From Candidatus Woesearchaeota archaeon (GTDB lineage Archaea; Nanobdellota; Nanobdellia; Pacearchaeales; GW2011-AR1): a stretch of DNA of 64,000 nt. Under the pieces are notes generated by a model, which saw only the letters and a list, made by a program, of their open reading frames with translations, did no database searches and had not been told where the DNA came from. A program made the translations under genes and the position numbers. The stretch covers positions 7,831-71,830 of the forward strand of contig CAZBPV010000003.1 in the NCBI GenBank assembly GCA_964493885.1, given 5' to 3'. Positions 56,522 to 64,000 of the stretch are shown here, in pieces (positions within the stretch are counted from its first letter, which is position 1; each line of letters begins with the position of its first letter).

Positions 56522-57397
56522 ATGAAAATTCTGATAATTTTGAAAAGGTGGATTGGAGGGGTTGGCGGAGGAGTAAAGAATATTTCTAAGGAATTAAGAA
56601 AACTGGGGCATGATGTGGATATTATTGCAAGAGAAGAAGACCTTGGATTGAATAGTCTTAAAGATTCCATTTTAAAGTTAAGAAAAGAAATTAAGAAAAG
56701 AATGAAAGAAAAGAACTATGACATTATCTACACTCAGGATTGGAGTATTGCATTTCCATTAATTTTCCCGTATCCAATCTATTGGAAAAAACATTTCTGC
56801 ATGTTTCATGGCAAGCCCCAGGGAAAGACTAGGGCAGTTTCTTATATTATTGGAAAACTTCTTGGAAGAAAAATGTTGGTAATGACTCCTGAACTAAAAA
56901 GAATGTTCCCAAAAGCTAATCTTAATTATTGCGGGGTTAGTTTAGAACAATTTAAGCCCCTAAAGGAAAAGAGAGAGTATTTTGGATGGATAGAAAAAGG
57001 AACTGAAACAATAACCAAGGAGAAGATAGAAGAAATCAGCAAAAAATTAAAACTTCCTTTATTAATTGCAAAAGGGTTTACACATGAAGAAATGAATTCA
57101 AAGTTTTATAGCAAATGCAAGATATTCTTAAGCCTGCCTCCTTCTTGTGCAGGATTCCAGGCTTCATGGTTAGAAGCAATGGCTGCAGGAGTTCCAATAG
57201 TAATCGGGAATAATAATGGAGCCGGAGAAATCCAGCCATTTGATAAAATACCTTTAGGAAAGGAAAATGATGCTGATTTTATAGTTAATTTTATTAAAAA
57301 TGCAAAAAAGAAAGATTATATTGCATGGATAAAAGAGCATGATTTTTCCTGGAACAGGCATGCAAAAAGATTAATTGAGATATTTAGAAGAAAATGA
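56522..57397 (+). CDS. GT4-like glycosyltransferase
   Basis: GGVG, LGHDV, LEAMAAGVPIV. Confidence 0.85.
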   Translation: MKILIILKRWIGGVGGGVKNISKELRKLGHDVDIIAREEDLGLNSLKDSILKLRKEIKKRMKEKNYDIIYTQDWSIAFPLIFPYPIYWKKHFCMFHGKPQGKTRAVSYIIGKLLGRKMLVMTPELKRMFPKANLNYCGVSLEQFKPLKEKREYFGWIEKGTETITKEKIEEISKKLKLPLLIAKGFTHEEMNSKFYSKCKIFLSLPPSCAGFQASWLEAMAAGVPIVIGNNNGAGEIQPFDKIPLGKENDADFIVNFIKNAKKKDYIAWIKEHDFSWNRHAKRLIEIFRRK

Positions 57398-57990
57398 TAA
57401 AAAAATTTAATCAGTATCTAAAAGAACATTTTGGGATAGGCATATTTATAGAAGATTTAACCAGACCTTCTACAAAATTCGTAAAAGAGCGATGGAGAGA
57501 GAGAGAGATGGATGTTATTGAGATAGGAACGTATAAGGGATTAAATGCAGTTAATTTATTAAAAAACCTTAGAATAAGAAATCTTTATTTAATTGACCCT
57601 TGGGAAAACTATTCAGAGTATAATGAATTTAAAGACCAATCTAAACCTGAGAATAAGCTTAACAAAATCTACCCCCAAGCTATGAAAAGAATAAAAAAGG
57701 CAACAAAAAGCTCAAAAGTTAAAATAATAAAAAAATATTCTGAAAATGCATTAAATGACGTGGGTAATGCAGATTTTATTTATATTGATGGTAATCATGA
57801 TTATGAATATGTAAAAAAAGATATAGAATTATATTACTCTAAATTAAATAATCAAGGCGTATTGGGAGGGCATGATATTAATTTTATAGGTGTACTCGAG
57901 GCAGTTACAGAATTTGTAAGAAAAAATAATTTAAAACTTTTTGTAACGGCTCCTGATTGGTGGATTGTTAAGGGATTAAAAAAGAATTAA
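57394..57990 (+). CDS. SAM-dependent methyltransferase (Methyltransf_24-like)
   Basis: IEIGTYKG, IDPW, DFIYIDGNHDY, GGHD. Confidence 0.9.
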   Translation: MIKKFNQYLKEHFGIGIFIEDLTRPSTKFVKERWREREMDVIEIGTYKGLNAVNLLKNLRIRNLYLIDPWENYSEYNEFKDQSKPENKLNKIYPQAMKRIKKATKSSKVKIIKKYSENALNDVGNADFIYIDGNHDYEYVKKDIELYYSKLNNQGVLGGHDINFIGVLEAVTEFVRKNNLKLFVTAPDWWIVKGLKKN

Positions 57991-57996
57991 GAATTC

Positions 57997-58872
57997 TTAT
58001 TTTCTATAACTATCGGCTGCTTTTTCAAATTCCTCAAGAGTATATTGAGTCATTGGATGAGAGACAGATTCTCCTAAAATTACTTCATTACTCTTAAAAC
58101 TTCTTTTAGTTTGTTTTAAATTTAGAATGTTATCTAACCCTTTTACTATTTTTGTGGGAATTGTAATTATCTGTGGTTCTGCCTGAACAATTCTATAAAT
58201 ATCACTAGGTTCTCTTATACTCCCAACAATTAATTCAGAATTTGGGTTATTATCAAGTAATTGAGCAACCTTTGCTATATCTTCTAAAGTTTTTCTCCAA
58301 GCAACTTCAAGATTTGTTTTTCGTGATTCGGCGACTAACTTTTTCCAATCTGGATTTCTTTGTATCCCTGTTAATGAATGTCCCGCTAATTCTAATAAAT
58401 AACTATCTAACATTCTATTAGCAAATAAACTAACATAACCAATTCCATGCTTAGAAGCCTCTAGTGCTTGATAAGGAGTCATACACGCAGTTATATTTGT
58501 CTTAATTCCTCTTTTAGCCAAATCCTCTGCTGCTAAAAGTCCTCCTTGACAAATTGGAATCTTTATTATGACATTTTTACCCCAACTGCTAAGAGTTTCT
58601 GCTTGCTGCAATAAAACATCCCTAACTTTTTCTGGTTCAACAACTCCATCAAAAGTTCTTACATCAATTCCTCTTAAATCTGTTTCAAGACTAACTGGAA
58701 CATCGGGGTATTTTTCAAGAATTGTTTTGCAAGCGCCTTCAAAACCAAGAGATAAATCTCCTGTTGTTTCCATTATTTTTGGGTTAGTAGTTATTCCATC
58801 ATCAACTCCTTGGGAAAAGCAATAAGCTATTTCTTCAAGATTTGCTGTATCTGCAAATAATTTTATTGCCAT
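57997..58872 (-). CDS. tal: Transaldolase family protein
   Basis: FADTA, GITTNP, IIKIP (Schiff-base Lys), TNIT, GSIR. Confidence 0.9.
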   Translation of the reverse strand: MAIKLFADTANLEEIAYCFSQGVDDGITTNPKIMETTGDLSLGFEGACKTILEKYPDVPVSLETDLRGIDVRTFDGVVEPEKVRDVLLQQAETLSSWGKNVIIKIPICQGGLLAAEDLAKRGIKTNITACMTPYQALEASKHGIGYVSLFANRMLDSYLLELAGHSLTGIQRNPDWKKLVAESRKTNLEVAWRKTLEDIAKVAQLLDNNPNSELIVGSIREPSDIYRIVQAEPQIITIPTKIVKGLDNILNLKQTKRSFKSNEVILGESVSHPMTQYTLEEFEKAADSYRK

Positions 58873-59492
58873 TGTTTTACTCCCTTATTATATTCATTGA
58901 CTAATTCTCTTAGTCTATCAACTATTAAATGCTGCAAAACTCCATGAAATCCTTCTGTGTGTGGAGTTGAATCTTTAGGAACAACAATGCAAACATCTGC
59001 CCTTTCTTTCATTTTTCCTCCATCAAAACCAGCTAAACCAAGAATTTTTGCATTTCTTTTTTTTGCAAGATTCATTGCCTCAACAAGATTTCCACTCCAA
59101 CCGCTTCCGCCATGAACTGAAATTAATAAAATAACATCGCCTTCTTCAAGGAAAGTGTTTAACAATCCACTATAAGCTTTGTCCCACCCAGAATCATTTA
59201 TCCAGGCAGTTAAGACTGAAGGGTTGTCATTTAAGCACACAGCTTTTAATCCTCGAGTAGAACTTATTTCTTTCATTGAGCTGTCATTTGCAATGGTTTT
59301 CATTAAATCTGCTGCAAAATGTGATGCTGTTCCTGCACTTCCACCATTGCCCATTGTAATTACTTTTTTTCCTTTTTTCCAAGTTTCAAATAAAATATTT
59401 ATGAATTTGTCTATGTCATTTCTATTGATGTCCCGAACAATATCGCTTGTTTCGCTCATGTATTTGTCAATATATCTTTTATTATCTTCCAT
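58863..59492 (-). CDS. gmhA: Sedoheptulose-7-phosphate isomerase (SIS domain)
   Basis: GNGGSAGTASHFAADL, TAWIND, GFDGG, EGFH; start placed at MEDNK. Confidence 0.88.
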   Translation of the reverse strand: MEDNKRYIDKYMSETSDIVRDINRNDIDKFINILFETWKKGKKVITMGNGGSAGTASHFAADLMKTIANDSSMKEISSTRGLKAVCLNDNPSVLTAWINDSGWDKAYSGLLNTFLEEGDVILLISVHGGSGWSGNLVEAMNLAKKRNAKILGLAGFDGGKMKERADVCIVVPKDSTPHTEGFHGVLQHLIVDRLRELVNEYNKGVKQWQ

Positions 59493-60468
59493 GATATACC
59501 ACCTTGCATCCTTCCTTGTCAAATCTAAAGGGCATTTCCTTTAATCCAAGTTTAGCCATGGCATTTCTTAATTGTGGCTTGTGGTTGTCACAATAAAACA
59601 TTAAAAATCCTCCGCCTCCTGCTCCTACAATCTTCCCGCCCAAAGCTCCATTTTGAAGTCCAATTTCATAAGCCTTGTCAATATCATTAGAAGACATTTT
59701 TTTAGAGAAACTTTTTTTTGCTTCCCAATGAACATTCAGCCATTTTCCGACTTTAGCTGCTTCTCCGTTTTCAAGAGCTTTTTTAATTTCTTCTCCAATT
59801 TCCTTAATTAAATGCATTTGTTTCATTTTTTCAGAATCTGATTCTGCATTCTTTTTTTGTTCACTAAGAATTTCTCCTGTTTCACGTTTTATTCCTGTAC
59901 TAAACAAAAGCAGATTATTTTCAAGCTCTTCTATTGTAGAAAAAGATGCGTCTATTGGACTTACAACTACATTCCCTTTTTTATCAATATCCAGATGAAT
60001 TACATCCCCGAAAGCAGCAAGATATTGGTCTTGTTTTCCAATTGGTTCTCTAAGAACATTTATTTCTATATCTGCAGCTTCTTCAGCTAGTTTTTTAGCA
60101 GAAACATCCTCTCTTTTATAGATATGCAATGCCTTAAGCAAAGCAACAAGAAAAGTGCTTGAAGAACCTAATCCAGTTCCAGCAGGAACATCGGCTATTG
60201 AAGTTATTTCAAGAGGGTCATTAATATTAAGATATTTTAAAGCTGCCTTGATTCTTGTATGTTCAATATCATCAACTTTTTTTGCAAATTCTGTTTTAGA
60301 GTATCTGATAAAGAAATCATCATAGAAATCTCTTTTCTCAACGATTATATAAATATATTTATCAATTGCAGCTGAAACTAAGGAGCCTCCAAATTTAGAA
60401 GAATAAAAAGGCAAGTCAGTTCCTCCTCCTCCAAGAGAAATTCTTAATGGTGCTCTAACAACAATCAT
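59482..60468 (-). CDS. hddA: D-glycero-alpha-D-manno-heptose-7-phosphate kinase (GHMP)
   Basis: RAPLRISLGGGGTD, PAGTGLGSS, GKQDQY, GKIVGAGGGG. Confidence 0.9.
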   Translation of the reverse strand: MIVVRAPLRISLGGGGTDLPFYSSKFGGSLVSAAIDKYIYIIVEKRDFYDDFFIRYSKTEFAKKVDDIEHTRIKAALKYLNINDPLEITSIADVPAGTGLGSSSTFLVALLKALHIYKREDVSAKKLAEEAADIEINVLREPIGKQDQYLAAFGDVIHLDIDKKGNVVVSPIDASFSTIEELENNLLLFSTGIKRETGEILSEQKKNAESDSEKMKQMHLIKEIGEEIKKALENGEAAKVGKWLNVHWEAKKSFSKKMSSNDIDKAYEIGLQNGALGGKIVGAGGGGFLMFYCDNHKPQLRNAMAKLGLKEMPFRFDKEGCKVVYHGR

Positions 60469-60631
60469 TTTTAATCCTCAAACTTAATAAAAAAGGTTGC
60501 TTTATAAAGTTTATTGCGAAATGTTTATAAATATTCTAAAGGATACATTAAAAGGGGGGAAATGTGTTCTTATTTGATCGTTCTTCTTTGAGTATGATAA
60601 AACTTAAAAGATATTCATTAATATTATAATC

Positions 60632-61723
60632 ATGAAAAAAATAGGAATAGTTGGGGCAGGGATATTTGGGTTAAGTGCTGGATTAGAGCTTGTTAAAAAA
60701 GGCTATGATATTACTATTTTTGATGAAGCGGAAGAGATTCTTTCAGGAGCATCTACTACTAATCACTTAAGACATCATTATGGTTTTCATTATCCGCGAA
60801 GCAAAGATACTGTATTAGAAGTAACAAAAGCTCGAGAAAGTTTTGAAAGGGAATATGGTGAATCTATAAGTGAATTTTTTCCTGATTATTATGGATGTCA
60901 TATGAAAAGAAGTCAAACAACTCCTAAAAACTTTATAAGGTTTTGTGAAGAAATGAAACTTCCATATGAAATAGAATGGCCAGGTATGAAATATATGGAT
61001 AGAACTGACATTGGTGTCTGTGTAAGGGTTCCTGAAAGAGTTTATGATCCAGAAGAATTAAAAAAATTAATTTATAAAAAATTAAAAGAAACTACAATAA
61101 AACTTAAACTAAATTATAAGATAATTGGTGGAGAGATTTTAAGCAAGAAAAAGAAATTAAAATATGAATCTGAAGGAAGGGTTGGTGAAGAAGAATTTGA
61201 TTTTATAATAAATGCTACTTATTCTAATTTTAATAGTTTCAATAAATGGTTTGGATTTCCAAGGAAAAAATTACAATATGAAAAAATGGAATTACTTGAA
61301 TTAGAAATTCCAAGCCAGAATAAAATAGGTTTAACAATTATGGATGGAGAATTTAGTGCTGTTCTTCCCAGAGGCAATAAAGGAACTTTTACTCTTGGGC
61401 ATGTTAAAGAATCTGTTTTAAAGACTGTAATTTCTGATGATTTAGATGTTAGTGTCATGACAGATGAACAAACAAAATCAAACAGAGAAGGAATCATGAG
61501 AGAAGGAATAAAAGATTTTCCTTTTTTGAAGAATGCAAAAGTGGTAAAATCCTTGTTTGTTACTAGAGTTATAAAGCCAGACGTAGAAGCTACTGATGAA
61601 CGTCCATCTGAAATAACTGATTATGGAAATGGTATGTACTCTATCTTCGGAGGAAAGGTTATTACTTGTGTGGAAATTGCCAAAAAAGTTGCACAAATGA
61701 TTGAAGAGGAATCTAAAAAATGA
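60632..61723 (+). CDS. FAD-dependent oxidoreductase (DAO-like)
   Basis: IVGAGIFG, GAS..N...HYGFHYPRS, GGKVIT. Confidence 0.85.
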   Translation: MKKIGIVGAGIFGLSAGLELVKKGYDITIFDEAEEILSGASTTNHLRHHYGFHYPRSKDTVLEVTKARESFEREYGESISEFFPDYYGCHMKRSQTTPKNFIRFCEEMKLPYEIEWPGMKYMDRTDIGVCVRVPERVYDPEELKKLIYKKLKETTIKLKLNYKIIGGEILSKKKKLKYESEGRVGEEEFDFIINATYSNFNSFNKWFGFPRKKLQYEKMELLELEIPSQNKIGLTIMDGEFSAVLPRGNKGTFTLGHVKESVLKTVISDDLDVSVMTDEQTKSNREGIMREGIKDFPFLKNAKVVKSLFVTRVIKPDVEATDERPSEITDYGNGMYSIFGGKVITCVEIAKKVAQMIEEESKK

Positions 61724-62307
61724 TAAAAGCATTATTTTTAGATAGAGATGGGATAATAAATAAAATGATTAAGAAACTTGACCCTTTTACTAAAAAGATA
61801 ATTGATGATTCTCCATTTAAAGTTTCTGAATTAAAGATGGTCCCAGAATCAAAAGAGCTTGTGAAAAAAGCAAAAGAAAAGGGGTACAAGGTAATTATAA
61901 TCACTAATCAGCCTTCAATAGTCAAGGGACAATTTTCATTAAAAGATTATGAAGATATCACCACAGAAATATGTAAGTATCTGGAACTAAAAAGAGGGGA
62001 TGTTTTTGAGTGCTTGCATAAGGAGGGGATTACATTGGAATGCAATTGCAGAAAACCAAAACCAGGACTTTTTTTAATGGCGAAAGGAATACATGACATT
62101 GACTTAACAAATTCAATTATGATTGGTGATTCTTGGAAAGACATTAAAGCTGCTAAAGATATTGGGATTGGGAAGACTATTTTTATTAAAAGAAAAGAAT
62201 CAAAAGAACAGGTAGGTAATGCTGATGCTGAAAGGAAAATGAAAGAATTAAATCTTATTCCCACTCATTTTTGTGATAATCTTAAAGAGACTATAACTTT
62301 AATTTAA
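61720..62307 (+). CDS. gmhB: Heptose-1,7-bisphosphate phosphatase (HAD)
   Basis: FLDRDGII, TNQ, CLH...CNCRKPKPG, MIGDSWKD. Confidence 0.9.
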   Translation: MIKALFLDRDGIINKMIKKLDPFTKKIIDDSPFKVSELKMVPESKELVKKAKEKGYKVIIITNQPSIVKGQFSLKDYEDITTEICKYLELKRGDVFECLHKEGITLECNCRKPKPGLFLMAKGIHDIDLTNSIMIGDSWKDIKAAKDIGIGKTIFIKRKESKEQVGNADAERKMKELNLIPTHFCDNLKETITLI

Positions 62308-63049
62308 CTTTTCCAGATTCTATCTCTTGTTTTGCTAGATTATATCTAGACAATTGCCCAACTTCTTTAAAATAACAATCACTATAATATGCAAAAAGAT
62401 TTTTTCCTTTTTTTATCAGTTCTGGAAAGATATCCCTTGCAAAATCACTAAAATCTTCTGGAATAAACTCTAAAACTTCTGGATTTAATATATATATTCC
62501 TGAGTTGGTTAATTTTCTATTATCTGGTATATTCTTTAAAAATTCTATTTGTTTTTTATTAGGATTTTCAATAATATTGGTAATTCTATTTTCAGCATCA
62601 AAAACAACAGCTCCAGGGGTAGTTTTTTCATCTGCCATTTCTTGCTTATGTAAAAATAAGGTAGCAAGGGCTTTCTTTTCTTTATGGAATTTAATCATTT
62701 TGTCCAAGTTTACATCTGTGATATTGTCTCCATAGAGCACAATAAAGGGCTCAGAAGAATCAAGGAAATCTCTAAAATTATTTAATGCGCCAGCAGCCCC
62801 AAGCAGTTCTTGTTCAAAAGAGTATCTTATATCCACTCCAAATTTACTTCCATCTCCAAAATACTCTTTTATTTTTTCAGGCAGATAAGAAGTATTAATC
62901 GCAATATCCCTTATTCCATATTTTTTGCATAATAAGATTAAATATTCAAGCAAAGGTTTTCCGTTAATTGGAATCATTGGCTTAGGGATATTGCTTGTCA
63001 ATGGTTTAAGCCTTTCTCCTTTTCCAGCACATAAAATAATTGCTTTCAT
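62291..63049 (-). CDS. Nucleotidyltransferase, probable heptose-1-phosphate guanylyltransferase (HddC-like)
   Basis: LCAGKGERL, PKPM, ELLGAAG, YGD; context next to gmhA/hddA/gmhB. Confidence 0.8.
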   Translation of the reverse strand: MKAIILCAGKGERLKPLTSNIPKPMIPINGKPLLEYLILLCKKYGIRDIAINTSYLPEKIKEYFGDGSKFGVDIRYSFEQELLGAAGALNNFRDFLDSSEPFIVLYGDNITDVNLDKMIKFHKEKKALATLFLHKQEMADEKTTPGAVVFDAENRITNIIENPNKKQIEFLKNIPDNRKLTNSGIYILNPEVLEFIPEDFSDFARDIFPELIKKGKNLFAYYSDCYFKEVGQLSRYNLAKQEIESGKVKLKL

Positions 63050-63071
63050 ATAATAATCTAAAAAGGGGTGT

Positions 63072-63998
63072 TTAAAGTTTTTTCCTATAAATCATCAAAC
63101 CAAACAAATAGAAATATCTGCTGATTAGTGTTGCTATTGCTACTCCTACAACTGCCATGAAAAAACTATATTGCACAAGCCACGTGATTAAGATGTAGTT
63201 TAATATAATGTTGAGAAGTGTTGAAACTAATAATAATACTGCAATAAGTTTTGTTTTTCCTTGAGATATAAAATAAGATTCATATAACAAGGAGATTGGG
63301 ATGCATAACAACAATATAGCTAAAAGTCTTAAGATGTTTGTTGCTTGCGAGTATTCAATTCCAAATACAATTCTTACTGCTAATCCTGCGAAAATCAATG
63401 TTCCTATTAATGCTAAAGCAGACATGAGAAGCATGAACTTCATTGATTTCTTGAATCCTCTTTCAAGTCTTTTTCCTTTTAATCTGCTGAATATGGGAAA
63501 TAATGCAGGAGCAAAACTGATTATGGGTATTAATCCGCCAATTAAGCTAAATGCTGCCTTATAATAACCAATAAATTCAGGCAAAACATATCTACCTAAC
63601 ATTACTATGTCAATATAACCAAAAAATACCCCTGAAAGTGCTGTTGCTGAAAGAGGAAGAATAAACAACCATAGACTTCTTTTTTCTTGCTTGCTTAAGT
63701 CTTGGGATTTTTCATGAACAAATGGAATTTTATTTCTCATTAAAATAAGTATGTAGATTAAAGAAATAAGATAAGACAATGCAAGTGCTAAAATAATCCA
63801 AAACAAAGTATCTTGTGCAAGTGAAGAGCTTATTGTTAATAAAATTGCAAGGGGGACAAAAATCAGTCTAAGTATCTGAAATAATATTTCCTTATACATT
63901 GGATACTTGAATTTATTACTTGCAAAGAATGTGGCATCTGCAATTGAAATAAATCCAAGAGAAAGGATATACAAAGAACCTGCAACTAAAGCAAGAGA
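63072..63998 (-). CDS. Oligosaccharide flippase (Wzx/MOP), truncated at the window edge
   Basis: DIVMLG...GYYKAA, PALFP, LNIILNYILI; frame open to the window end. Confidence 0.88.
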   Translation of the reverse strand, partial: SLALVAGSLYILSLGFISIADATFFASNKFKYPMYKEILFQILRLIFVPLAILLTISSSLAQDTLFWIILALALSYLISLIYILILMRNKIPFVHEKSQDLSKQEKRSLWLFILPLSATALSGVFFGYIDIVMLGRYVLPEFIGYYKAAFSLIGGLIPIISFAPALFPIFSRLKGKRLERGFKKSMKFMLLMSALALIGTLIFAGLAVRIVFGIEYSQATNILRLLAILLLCIPISLLYESYFISQGKTKLIAVLLLVSTLLNIILNYILITWLVQYSFFMAVVGVAIATLISRYFYLFGLMIYRKKL

Positions 63999-64000
63999 AA

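Overview
AT-rich archaeal chromosomal window, most likely from a DPANN archaeon and probably Pacearchaeota. This is inferred from the short archaeosortase next to an S-layer gene, AMP phosphorylase plus ribose-1,5-bisphosphate isomerase, extended ribosomal proteins and missing adk/Rpp29. Core content: dph2-sepF-pfdB-rpoP-eL43-tRNA-Pro-uL11-spt5, secE-ftsZ, slyD, eIF5A, eL40, TYW1, uL1-uL10-P1, a DinG-like helicase, an intron-containing tRNA-Ser, the S10/spc ribosomal cluster through secY, and a ~20 kb N-glycosylation locus (aglH, aglB, GT4s, methyltransferases, GDP-heptose pathway, flippase). Four things stand out. (1) A 6.2 kb cargo transposon (7282-13500) lies between secE and spt5. It has a 9-bp target duplication, doubled inverted end motifs, a SWIM/Zn-ribbon IS6-like DDE transposase, regulators, a frameshifted unknown gene and a Type IIG-like restriction-modification enzyme. 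(2) Three related ~55-bp hairpin inserts in the ribosomal cluster each form a mini-ORF ATGA-coupled to both neighbouring genes. (3) Hairpin-bearing tandem duplications occur at gene boundaries, and two distant loci share a 24-bp core. (4) There is a free-standing AbrB-LAGLIDADG gene. All calls come from reading sequence motifs; no searches were run.
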